NCBI RefSeq assembly: GCF_041956535.1
Contig: NW_027192192.1
Location: 1,459,125-1,523,124 of the forward strand
Source of the DNA: Calcarisporiella thermophila CBS 279.70
Taxonomy: Eukaryota; Fungi; Calcarisporiellomycota
Direction: 5' to 3'
Length of the DNA stretch: 64,000 nucleotides
Below, piece by piece: positions 12,819-24,211 of the stretch. The position numbers and the translations under genes were made by a program. How positions within the stretch are numbered: the stretch's first letter is position 1; each line of letters begins with the position of its first letter. The notes below the pieces were generated by a model. It was given only the letters and a program-made list of their open reading frames with translations, had not been told where the DNA came from and made no database searches.

Positions 12819-13243
12819 TCAAGCCCCTTTCTCGTGTCGCCGCTCCTCAATACGTTTCAGCTTGGCAAGAATCTGGTCCCGCTCTTGCTCCAATTCTTGG
12901 CGCACTTTTGTCAAACTACCATGAAATGAATTCATTAGTTAATCACCTGGATGAAAAGCTCTATTGCTCTTAGGGGAAGGGGAGAGTGGAACACAAGGTA
13001 CTTCTCTAATCTCTCCTCCGCATTTTCACGTGTGGGCTGGAAATCCAGACTCATGCTCTTGGCCTAATATCACGAGCACCAATATAAGAATCGGCTTGCA
13101 ACTCCTCATGAATTTAAAAATAAAATGCGCACCTGCTCATCTGATTTTTTCCGCGCATTCAAGCCATAAAAATAACCCGCGGGCACCAGCGCGATCCCCA
13201 CCCAGACAGCAGGGCTCCGAAGACTGGCTGGAATTCGCGACAT
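12819..13243 (-). CDS. Small (~90 aa) single-pass membrane coiled-coil protein, 3 exons (absent from ORF track)
   Basis: MSRIPASLRSPAVWVGIALVPAGYFYGLNARKKSDEQ / AKSMSLDFQPTRENAEERLE / LTKVRQELEQERDQILAKLKRIEERRHEKGA* joined by GT-AG introns. Confidence 0.7.
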
Positions 13244-14082
13244 GATTGCGTTTTCAGCACTTCACTTTTTGTTTATTTGCCACACGGGTTAGGTTGTTGT
13301 GGTCAAGCGACTGCGCCACGCTATGGTTGAGCCATCTTTCCCTTGTTCAGTCGACATGAAACAGAGGGGACAAGGGGAGACACACACTAATTAAAATGCC
13401 TCCAATCGTATCTCTCTTCTTACGAGTTCATAAGGAAATGGTGACTGCTCTGCACTTTTAAGGTAAATTTATTTTTTACTTGCTTGGGGATTAGTGGATG
13501 GAAGGGGCTCTGCAGCGGCAAGGAGAGGTCGGCGTGTCCATGAAAGAACCTTCCATGGATGGAAGGCTTCTTCGGGGAAAGTTTGCTGACATGATGGCCC
13601 AGTTTTTCGGCGATAAGGAGGAAAGCGCGTTGTTAATCAGCTCGGTCTTATGAGTGTTGACCATAATTGGGTGCTGCGGCTTGGTGCCCGAAAAACGGCG
13701 AGGGCGTACAAGGGTGATTGCGTTCATGATGGTGCAATGGAGTTTGTGGGCAGAGCCCGCCTCCTCCCCCCCTAAAAATAGCTGTCAGGGGGTTGAGAGA
13801 ATTAGGCAAGATTGCGAAAATGCCAAGCGAAAGCGGAGTGGGTAAAGAAACTAGTTTAATGAAGATTCTCACTCAGGAGAAGATAGCTATAGTACAATAT
13901 GAGACTGAAAGGAGGAGAGCAGAAGAGAAGAGTCCATCTAACAGGGGGGGAAAAAAATAGAAATGAGATATAAGACATAAGTGAGTTTATAATGGAAGAA
14001 GCAAAGGAAGTGGATAAAATAAAATAAAATGTACACCAGGGTTGGAAAAAATGTGTGTGAATATTCAGGATGATGATGGTAT

Positions 14083-15298
14083 TTATTTAGTCCGCTTTTT
14101 CGATCTTGACGACTTGGAGGAAGTCGCGGGGGCATCCGCCTCCTCTGCACACAGGCTCCCCTCGACCCGTAAGTGACGACTGAGGGCGTCCTGTCGTGCA
14201 AACGACTTTCGACATGTGGGGCACGAAAACGGCTTGATTCCCAGGCTAAAGAAAAGGGGAACATCGGATGAGAACAAATGAAACGAGATTCCAACGGAGG
14301 AGCCTAAAGATGCAAGCACGGACACTTACTGTAATTTTGAATGTCTATTCCTATCGTGCTGTCTTGCAAAGGCTTTCCCGCATCCGGGGAAGAGGCACGC
14401 GTAAGGCCGCTCTGACGTGTGAGTGCGCATGTGTGATTTTAAGTTGTAGGGACGAGCAAACACCTTGGAGCATCCGGGATGGGGGCAGGGGAAGGTTTTG
14501 TCGGAAGCCACTTTGACGCGTTTCGCGGAGGCGGATTTAGGGGGTCGGCCGCGACGAGCGGGCGAGGGGTTGGCGGGGTCGGAGAAGGGGCGCTTCCGGG
14601 TGTGTTTCTTTTTGGGGCGGGCGCGGGGACTAAAGTCCTCGTCGCCATCGTCATCCTCGATGTCGCTCTCCTCTACTTCCTCAGGGAAGCCAGGCTCTTC
14701 CCCCTCCTCTTCCTCCTCCTCCTTCACCTCCTCCTCAATTCTTTCTTCACTTGGTGCCGCTTGCGATCTCTGCAGCACGCCCATTTGCGGTAGTGACGGT
14801 AGCGGCGGCGATGGCGGAAGCGGGGATATGGCTGGCGGCGTAGGATGCTCCTTCTCCACCCACTGCATCCCTTTCTCCCATCGCTGCTCCCTCCTCGCGG
14901 CCACAGCGCTTTTCTCTTCGCTTCCGGAGCCAAAGAGTTTTCCCTCCTCCACGAGGAAGCCATCCTGCTGCGAGTGCAAGAAGGAGGTGAAGTCTCCAAA
15001 GGCGGGGTCCAACCCCCCGTAGCCGCCAAACTCGTGTAGAGGCTCATACGGGGAGGGTTTTTCGTGGGCATCACTGCCCGCAATGAATAATTCCGCGGGG
15101 ATATAGGGAGTGGGAGGGGCATAGGAGCCTCCCGCGAACCATTGGTCGGGATGCGGGTCGAATTTGCCTGGGGAGGTGGAGGGGTTGGTGAGGGATTCGT
15201 AGCTGCTAATGGCAGGCGAGGGGATGTAGGATTGGGGAAATGGGGCGAATGAGTAGGGGGACATGAGTTCCGGATTGGCCTTCCCAAGAAGGGGCATG
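14083..15298 (-). CDS. C2H2 zinc-finger transcription factor (three fingers, Ace2/Swi5/Crz1-like)
   Basis: [52 protein letters not shown]-(intron)[24 protein letters not shown]; acidic region and AT-hook-like RRGRP. Confidence 0.92.
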
Positions 15299-16861
15299 GT
15301 GGGGGATGCGGAGAGACACTTAATGAAAACAAAGGCAAAAGGAGAAAGCGGCACAGGGAGCCGGGACAGGGGGAGGAAAGAGAAGCCGATGACCGGATAG
15401 GCGGCCAGTATAACTTATATACCGGCTTCTATAAAGAGCATAATAATCAAATGTGGGAAACGGTTGAACAAGGTTTTCGCTGTACAAAACAACTCGGAGC
15501 TAACTCAAAAGGCTTGGGGGGCCACGACAGCGCGCTTTTCATTCGGCCCAAAAATGCACCATTTTCTAGAGTTCTTTTTTCTGCATCTAGAAAAAGAGCC
15601 AAGAGTCGTTTATCCACGGACACATGGCCCGCCTGCCTGCCCCAAACCACAGTCACACTGACGATTTTGTGGCACGCAGCCCCGCCGGCACCAATCACCA
15701 CGGTGCTGGCTTGCGAGACGAGCGAGGGGGGGAGAGTGCGAGGTGAGGCGCAGGCTGCGGATGTCCGGAGCTAAGAGGCGGCCCCCTTCTTCAGCTGGAG
15801 CCGCTCACCCGGGCCTCTAACCTGCCGCACCAGGGCCCGCTGGCCCTTGCCAGCTCGCCTGTTCCCCGCACGCGAGCCCGGCCAACTCCCTCCCACCCCT
15901 GCGCTGGCCGAGCCGTAAGCCCGCCGGCCGAAGGGGAATCCCGAGCCATCAGAGTTTTCCTTAAGGGCCCCCGTACCACTTCATAACCTACTGTGATTAA
16001 CACTGGCCACGACAGGGCTCCCCTCCCCCATAGCCACACAACCTTACGGCATTAAAGTCTTATTCTCCATCATATTCCTTGTACATGCATCCTCCCCCGT
16101 TTGGGCCGAATGAAGCGCACGCTTCTTTTCCTTCCATTGCACTCACAATGATTCCTGGCCACGTAAATTAGGCATCCAGCCGGCAGGGCCCTGATTGGAC
16201 GGGCTAACGTATCCAACTCGGAGAGATCTCCCCACCAATCTCTCCCGCCGCAAGAGGACGCCTTCTGCCATCTCATTACTGAGCGCTTTGGCGGCTGGCT
16301 CCGGTTGGCCTGCAGGGGAGGGCAGGGGGCGGAAACGCAGCCGATCCTTGCCAACAAGGAAGTTCGCCCTGCAAACCAGAGACGCGAAGCAATGCAGGCC
16401 GATCCATTCCGGACTGGGGCAAGGACGGAGGGAGGGTGCTGGCTAATCAGCTGGCCCAGCGCGGCTGGCGAGCGAGAGATTAGATAAGAGGAGGGGGCGA
16501 GTGGCTTTCCGCCATGGCCAAAAGCGGCCACGGCCTTGGGAAGCTCGCGCCCAACCCCCTGTTATCAGGTGAGGATCAGATTACACTGTCGCAGGATGGG
16601 TGTTTGTTTTCGTTTCCGTCCAATTGCCGGGGTTTCACCAATTTCACGCTTAAGCCTTGGATTTATCTGTTTTTGCTTCTGTTTACCAACTCGTCTCTAG
16701 TCCTTGGTCTCCCTTCGTCTTCATCCGATTGCGCTTTTAATGCTCATCCTCTAATTCATCCTCTCCACATTATGCCTGGATTCTCCTGCGCAACGTCCGC
16801 ATTCAGTCTATAGTTCCATCGCTACATTTCCATCCCACTCTCCCTGCATCCATACTACTTA

Positions 16862-18985
16862 ATGTCGGAACCACCGAGCAAGAAGCAAGCCGAGGATGCA
16901 GATCCAGCCAACATCGACATCGAATCCTGCATCGACAACCCAAAGCTCGCTCCGCTGGGTGCTCATCTCCTCGGATCCCGCTCCAATACCCCTGACAAAG
17001 GCCGACATTCAAAGGCCTCCACAAGCAGAGACGGAGTCCCATTGCGGAACGAGAGCGCCATTTCTGGATCGCTGCGGGTTGCGGATGCGCCAGCGCATGC
17101 GACGTTGGCATCCTCCGGCGGCGGGGCGGGCATTACATCCCTCCTGCTGCGGCGTCGAAATTTGACAGCTGACGAGCTGAGAAAGCAAATCGATATTCTT
17201 CTTCTTGCGCAAGCTCCGGGGGAGGAGGAAAGGGGGGCGTTGGAGAAGCGAGGTCTGGCGCTGGTGCTGATTCCTCCCCTCCGGCTCACTGAGCTCGACC
17301 TGTCTCGCAATCGTCTGGAGGACTTGCCGAGCAATTTCGCACAGGCTGCCCCCCATCTTCGCTATCTCAACTTGTCGATGAATCGGTTCACCAGGCTCCC
17401 TCGAGAACTCTTCTCGCTCGCCCGGCTCGAAGTCCTGCTGCTCTCCCAGAACAGGATCCGGGACCTCCCGGCCCAGTTCCCCGCCGGATTCCAGAACCTC
17501 AAGACCCTGAAACTGTGCGCGAACGAAATCAGCCAGCTTCCCGAATGGATCGGCAGGCTGGCCCAGCTCCAGACCCTGACGCTGGGCTCCGTGTTCGGGG
17601 GAAATCGCATCTCCGTCATCCCGCCCGGGTGCCTGTCTCGGATGCTTGAGCTGCGAGAGCTCGACCTCTCGCACAACCTGCTCTCCCGATTGCCCGACGA
17701 CCTCGGCCACCCCCTCTCGAAGCTCGTGCACCTCACGGTGGCCAGCAACCGCCTCGAATCGCTTCCCCGCACCATCGGGCTCTGCCGCAATCTGCGTGCA
17801 CTGGATCTCTCGCGCAATCAGCTGACCAGCCTGCCCCTCGAGATGGTGGACCTGGCGAATTTGGACACGCTCGACGTGTCCGACAACCTGCTGTGCGTCA
17901 TCCCGGGCGACGTGTCGCGGTTCATGGAGCGCACGACCTTTTTGCTCACCGGGAACCCGTTCACGCGAGGCTATTGCGATCAAGTGCCGGCCAACTATCC
18001 TGGTGCGACCGGGGCGCGCCCCGGCCCGGCCCAGCCCACGATACCGTCGGCGACGGGCGCCTCCTCCGCGGCCCCCGAATGGGAGACGCTGGTTCGCGAC
18101 CTCTCCCGCCGCCCCATTCCCATCCGAATCGAGTACGACGACATAGGGGAGGAGGAGGGCGACGCCAGCATCGACCACCACTTGCACCACGCGCAAGCTT
18201 ATTCGACGCCCGGCACCCCGACCCAATCCCGGTCCCTCAGCCCTGGGCCCATCGCGAGATCCTCCTCCGGTGACTACTTCGGCCCCGCGGCCCGAAGCAC
18301 AGAGGCGAATAGCTTTGGCATTTCGCGCAGCGTGTTCTCGTCCCCGACCTCTTCGCCTCACCTGGGCTCGACTTCGCCAACCCTGCCGGCGGCAGGGGAG
18401 GACGAGGGTAGGCCGTGGCTGCCCTCGCTCAAGGAGCTCGCCGCCCGCACCATCCTCCTGAACGAGCTGCCCATCCCGCGCGGGCTCCTCCCGACCTCGC
18501 TGCTCGCGTATCTCCAGCCGGGCGCTCGGCCGTGCTGTTTTTGCCAGAATCCATACGTGAAGGAGTGGGTGTCGGCGGTGACGGTGGAGGATTTTCGCGG
18601 CCATCCCTCGGTGGTGCACAAGGTGCGGTTTTGCTCGGCTCGCTGCTGGAGCCATTGCCGGAGGCCGCGCAACCTGCCCGAGCCCTCTCGGGAGGAGAAG
18701 CGGGGGGCTGAGAACAAACAGCTACGGCGGTGCCTAGAGAGGGAGGTGTGCAGTGGACGGGCCAGGGGGCTGAACCTGGAGGCGATGCTGGGCGGGTTGG
18801 CCACGGAGCCGGCCGAGGAGGCGATCGCCCAGACCCTGGATGCGCTCACTCTGGAGGAGCATGTGGGGAGAAGGACCGAGGGGGCCGCAAGACGCTCCGC
18901 CCTGATCATCGGCGTGGGGGGGGGAGGAGAGGCGGAATGCGGAGGGTCAAGGCGGCAATGGTGCATCAAGGGGGTCACGGGGTGA
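16862..18985 (+). CDS. Leucine-rich repeat protein with BC-box and C-terminal Cys cluster (LRRC58/LRRC28-like)
   Basis: About 10 LxxLxLxxNxL repeats; LPSLKELAARTI; CCFC...FCSARC; single 707-aa ORF. Confidence 0.88.
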   Translation: MSEPPSKKQAEDADPANIDIESCIDNPKLAPLGAHLLGSRSNTPDKGRHSKASTSRDGVPLRNESAISGSLRVADAPAHATLASSGGGAGITSLLLRRRNLTADELRKQIDILLLAQAPGEEERGALEKRGLALVLIPPLRLTELDLSRNRLEDLPSNFAQAAPHLRYLNLSMNRFTRLPRELFSLARLEVLLLSQNRIRDLPAQFPAGFQNLKTLKLCANEISQLPEWIGRLAQLQTLTLGSVFGGNRISVIPPGCLSRMLELRELDLSHNLLSRLPDDLGHPLSKLVHLTVASNRLESLPRTIGLCRNLRALDLSRNQLTSLPLEMVDLANLDTLDVSDNLLCVIPGDVSRFMERTTFLLTGNPFTRGYCDQVPANYPGATGARPGPAQPTIPSATGASSAAPEWETLVRDLSRRPIPIRIEYDDIGEEEGDASIDHHLHHAQAYSTPGTPTQSRSLSPGPIARSSSGDYFGPAARSTEANSFGISRSVFSSPTSSPHLGSTSPTLPAAGEDEGRPWLPSLKELAARTILLNELPIPRGLLPTSLLAYLQPGARPCCFCQNPYVKEWVSAVTVEDFRGHPSVVHKVRFCSARCWSHCRRPRNLPEPSREEKRGAENKQLRRCLEREVCSGRARGLNLEAMLGGLATEPAEEAIAQTLDALTLEEHVGRRTEGAARRSALIIGVGGGGEAECGGSRRQWCIKGVTG

Positions 18986-19458
18986 ATTCTTCTGCTTGTA
19001 AAATGGTTTGGCTGGTTTTTTTTTCTCCCTCGCTGTCCTCAGCTCTCCTCCCGTGTTGTTTTATCTTCGTTTCTTTAATTTATCGTATTTCCGTGAAGGA
19101 GGAGGGCCATGGGGTGTACTTGTTTGCTTTTGCTGTACTCTATTCATGTATAAAGAAAATAAATTAATTAATTTATTCCCCATTGAAGGCCCCCCCAGGA
19201 TCAACCCAAGTCAACACCACGTTGAAATGTGGTACAGGGCTGCAGACTCTGTTTCTTTTCTCCACTCCAAATAGTCAAATATTAGAAAAAAAAGTGGTCG
19301 GGAAAGACAAGAGGAGGAATTTTCCATATAGCATTTTAACATTCCCCTCTTTCCTGCCATTGCGCCTAATCCAACTAGACCCATTAAAAGACGACCTAAT
19401 TATCCGCTTTAGGATTCTGCATTTTCTCCCCTCCACCCTCTCCACTCTTTCCTCTTCA

Positions 19459-21512
19459 ATGGCCATTATCGATCTGAAGACGGTGATCTTCATTGTCTTG
19501 GGCACGCTTTTCTGTCCCGTGGTGGCATTTCTTCTGGGTAAGGGAGCCCTGCCAATTGATGTCGCGCCTTGGTGGCCAATTTTAACTTTACCATGCTTAC
19601 CCTGGTAGGGATTTCGTATGCGGTCACCTGGACCCTCTATCTTCTTTATGGTAATGTTTATTTTGTTTATATCGCACACACCCCCTTTTTTCTTGTTTTG
19701 TCCACCACCGGTATTCTCTCTTCCGGCACCCCATTGTTCTGACTTCCATTTCGTGTCTATCTAGCTGGCCAGGGCAGCAATTGGACCGCCTTACCGACAA
19801 GTCCCACGCGCGCCTGGAAGGTGACCCTAGCCATCGCTAATAATGTGTGGGATACGCTTCGCGGACCCATCATTCCCATTATCCTGCGATATATTGTCTA
19901 TAGACTGACAAGTTTTGAGCCGCGCCCTCGATCTGAGTAAGCCATCATCCTTTCCATTCTCCACTCTCCATTTGTTTTATTGAAGGCTTTTTTTTTGTGC
20001 CTTTTTTTTTCTAACGCATGGATCCAGAATCGGCATTCAGTATGGCAGTCGCACCGGTAAACGCCTTGACATATACTATAGCGATAGGGGGAACCTCTTC
20101 ACCGACCAAGGCGACTTAAAGCCTGTCGTCATCGTTGTGCAGGGCGGAGCGTGGAGGAGCGGCGCGCGGATTATCATGAAGCCAGTGGCAGAGTTGCTGC
20201 AGATCGAAGGAGACTATGTCGTGGTGGTTCCAGATTATACCCTGTATCCGGATGTAAATGGGCTTGTGTTTTGGGCTTTTCCACGGGACAGCCTGAGTGA
20301 CTTTGGGTTGACTTTGTTGTGTATAGGGAAAGATCGATGAGATGGTGCGGGATTTGCAAAGCTGTATCTTTTGGACCCGAAAGAACATCAGGTAAGGAGA
20401 AGGGGCGTGTGCCTTAACGCGTATCCTCTACTGCCACCCTAACCATTTTCCGTTGCCGCTTTTTGGTTTCTTATTGGTGGGATGGACAGTATATACGATG
20501 GCAACCCCTCCGAGGTCTATATCCTTGCTTCCGGCGCAGGGGCCCACATAGCGGCCCTGACGGTCATTAAGGACGTGGTCGACCATGTCCGCTGGTTCGA
20601 CAGCACCGGGACTGACGCCCATCGTCCGAGCGAGGACGCGCATCTCCGAGTTCCCACTTGGGACCGGTACACGAAGCCCACGGCCATGCCTCGTGTGCAA
20701 GGAATGATACTGATGTCGGGTATCTACGACATTACTTATTATCACGCGTGGCTCTTCCGACAAGGTAAGTGACGGCTTGACCCAAACCCCCCGGATGGGT
20801 CGACGAAGTGTGCTAAGCTCTGATGCATGACAGGCCTGGAGGAGATTAATGCCATGGATCGTGTTATGGGTAAGGACCCCCTCCGTTAGCTCCCATGGAC
20901 AAGACATCTCATATGAATCCCCCATCTACTAGGAAATGACCCGTCCCGGTTCTCCGACTTCTCGCCCACCTCCCTCTTGGCAAGTTGTCTGAAGCAGCTG
21001 GAAGACAACCCGCGCTTGAAACAATTGCTTCCGCAGAAATGGCTCCTAGTTCACGGGACCAACGTAAATATCCCCCCAGTTTCTTTTTATTTTTCCTCTT
21101 TGGCCGCCATCTCCGCTTCTCCCCCCGCCTCCAACCCTTCCTTACCTCTTCTGATTCGTTTTAGGACAAAGTCACCCCCTGCACGTGCTCTCTCCAGCTT
21201 CATCAGCTGCTCGTGAAAGCCTCGTTCGGGGTGGTCGAGCAGAAACTATACCCACTTGGCCACATCGACCCGCGCATTTTCATGATCCTGCCCACCAACG
21301 AAGTGTGTCGTGCGCTGCTTGACGATGTCAATGAACTGATTCTGACTCCTTCGGAGAATTTTGAGCCAGAGGGGGCCGATGCAACGGGCAGAGAGGAGGA
21401 CGAGGAGCTGGATGCGCCCCCCACCCCACCGCCGGAACGGAGAGTATGGTCGCCCCATGCGAATGGTAACAGCTCTCGGCCTGCAAGAGAGCTGTCCAAC
21501 GGCACCCAATAA
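19459..21512 (+). CDS. Membrane-anchored alpha/beta hydrolase of the prenylcysteine methylesterase (ICME) type, atypical nucleophile elbow
   Basis: N-terminal TM; QYG...RLDIY; KPVVIVVQGGAWRSG; PDYTLYP; YILASGAGAHIA; MSGIYDI; LVHGTNDKV; GHID; multi-exon. Confidence 0.82.
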
Positions 21513-22097
21513 AGCCTTGGATACCCTTCTCGCACCCCTTCACCCCACCCTACTCCCACCACCACTTGTCCCGTTTTGCTCTCATTCCATCCTTACCCTC
21601 ATTTGCCCTTTGAAAAAAAAAATGATTCGAAGTTATCTAGGGAAGACTAGGGTTGCGTAGCGGCTTTCCCTATAATTTTTATATTCCAAAAAACATGGAG
21701 TCTTCATTGTGTTTATTAACTACTTTTATCTGTTCCATTATTATCTTTCCACATCATCCCCATTACCCCCCTCCCGGTGTCCCTCTTCTCCTTCTAAAAC
21801 AGTGTGTATCGTTTTTTTATCCTAGGGATTTCTACATTATCTTTTGTTGTAGTTGTTTGTTTTTCATGTTTGTCTAGTTCATCCGTCATTTCATGGGGTT
21901 GGCGTTCCATCCCCGTTGAACCTCTTTGCTGCAATGAATAATTCTATTACTAGGTCGTAAGATATGTACAAAGAACCAAAGAAAAATTGAGGCCAGGCTG
22001 TTCTCTATAAATGCAATGCTAACTCCACGCCAGCAAGACGGCTTGTGATCCGGCGAATGCCGCAGATAAAGTATAACGGGGTTGAATCCTTACCGCA

Positions 22098-22801
22098 TCA
22101 CCCCCAGTCGGTCGCCAGAGAAAAGTCATAACCACTCTGCGGTGGCGGTCTTAAGGAAGGCGGCATCTCTCTGCCCGACAGCTCTTTCGGCATGGCCCAC
22201 ACTTTCTCCTTTAGCTTTTGCCTCCTTTTCTCTCTTTTCGCGCGGTTCCGCTTCTTCCGGATTTCCTGTGACGTTTTCTCTCGGTTGGAGGTGATAACGA
22301 ATCTGCGTCGGTGCTCCTCGATCAACGCAGCAGGGTCTCGCAGAGGATTCCCGTAGGGGTCGAAAGTAAGATGCGCCCGCGGACATGAAAGCAGAAGCTC
22401 GCAGCGCGGATTTCGGCAAGGGGGCTTAGCTCGCTGCTCTTGGACGATTTGTAGAGGATCTGAAGAGTACCGTGAAATAAAAATGGGTGAGATGGAGCGA
22501 CACAAGATGGCCACCGAAAAAGGATCGGTTGGCGCTTAGCAATAACAATAGGTATAGCATAGAAATTGGGCGCGTAAATGGGGAATTGGCCCGGACAATC
22601 ACCTTTGAACGAGTCGTAGAAGAGTCGCTTGTTCAGCTCGTGCTGAGTCCCCTCCATATGCTTCTTGCGTGCCTCGAAATTGGAGGGGACGTGTGCATCA
22701 CAGATGTCGCAGTAATCTAGTCGATGGGTCAGAAATTGTAAGCGGATGGGCCGCCGGATCAACATGATGGAACCAATGGAGGAGCCATACTTACACTTCA
22801 T
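22098..22801 (-). CDS. ZMAT5: U11/U12 snRNP 20K protein (ZMAT5-like), 3 exons
   Basis: MKYYCDICD...ARKKHMEGTQH...YDSFKD (U1C-type finger); CCCH finger CRNPRC...CPRAH; C-terminal PPSLRPPPQSGY...WG like ZMAT5. Confidence 0.8.
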
Positions 22802-23150
22802 CGAGATGCTGGAATCACGATCGCCCGGCTAAGTTCGTCGGATGAGCGGCTGTTTCCCCCGACTATTCTCGTAATGGAGGTGTGGCTTGGGGAGTGAGTG
22901 GCTAGACTTGCCCAGCTACTTTCCCCCTTCCCACTTTAACCTGATATGGAACGCGGGATAGAGCTTAGGAGAGCCAATTTTCCCACAATGGACTGGCCAC
23001 ATTCAAGATTTCGCAGTCTCCATTACGACATGGTCCGGCATTACCTTTTCATGCGTATTTTTTTTCCACAGAGCCGGGACCAGCTGTCAATGCAACAGGA
23101 GGGATTAACTAGGTATTAATTTATGTTAATGTCGGGCAGAGCGCCTAGGG

Positions 23151-24022
23151 CACGTGCGGAACGCGACGGGTTGGAAATGAGTCGAGGATGTTTTAGTTCT
23201 GGCGACCGAGAGTCTGGAATGGTGGCTGGCGACGGGCTGCGTGAAATAGCGATTCCATATGGAGAAAGGGCCTGGCTACACGGTACAATGCTTGCGGTAT
23301 CTGTGTTAGGCGCGATACACTCTCGCCCCGTCCCAATGCCGCGCTGTGCGGGGAACTTAGGCCAAAGCCAATCTTGGTTTTAGCTTGGGGCGCTTTTACC
23401 GTGCGAAGGGGCGAGGGGAGGGACGCAGATGGCCGTAAGATAAGGAGGGCAGGAGAGGAGGAAAATCAGGCCCTTTTCGGATGAAGCATTGTAATTGGGT
23501 TCAGGGTTTTTGCTACATTAAAATCGCTTGTGACGGTGGGACAGTAATCGCCTTGGATGCGAGAACAAAAAGCCATTGTAATCTTGTGTATGTGAACGAT
23601 TTAGAGCTCGCGTTCTTGGGTCTCCCGGGTTTTCCCCTCTTTTCAGGGGGGATTCCCACCGCTGACCTCGAAATCGCCGGTGAAAACCCACCGTGGGCCG
23701 CAGGGTGTTTGGAGCCGCGCGGTTTCCCGTCCCGACCGTTGGCCCCCTCCGAGTCGTGGCCGCAGCATTCCGGATGACCCCACGTGTTACGGGCCGGCCG
23801 CTTGAAGAGTTCCTTCAACCACCACAAAGTCTTGGATCGGAGTTGGAGGGATTGAAAATTCAGGTGCAATGTGCTCGGCAGGCGGGCGCGGATTGGGCGG
23901 CCGGGTCGCACCAATTTTCATTAGAGTTTTGATCGCAGTCTCAAGGGGGGAGGTTATAAGAGAAGCACGGGCTCGAAGAGGAAGCAAGAACCAGCTCACG
24001 TTGCGGAAGCCTTCTATATATA
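23151..24022 (+). promoter_or_regulatory. Putative Pho4-type E-boxes and TATA box of the alkaline phosphatase gene
   Basis: CACGTG at 23151 and 23781, CACGTT at 23997, TATATATA at 24015. Confidence 0.45.
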
Positions 24023-24211
24023 CTGGCGCACGCCTACGGTTTTTGTTTACCTTAACTCTCCCTTTGTCCCAAGGAGCCTATCGCTGTTAATATTAACATT
24101 AACATTACCATCCAACCTTAATCCAACCCTATTCCCTTCGGCCTCTCTCCTCTTCCGCCTCCGTCTCGTGCTTCCCTCGTCTCCTCTTCTGCCACCACCA
24201 CCACCAACACC

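Noticed and set aside
13491-13727. 78-aa minus-strand ORF; also the 61-aa ORF at 31210-31395
   Set aside because: No motif, splice or family support
17009-18655. 548-aa antisense ORF, plus similar long antisense ORFs over the alkaline phosphatase and metH genes
   Set aside because: Shadow ORFs produced by GC-rich codon bias of the real genes; no motifs
20519-20527. ATATCCTT, the U12 AT-AC donor consensus
   Set aside because: Lies in coding sequence (Y-I-L) that aligns continuously with the hydrolase fold
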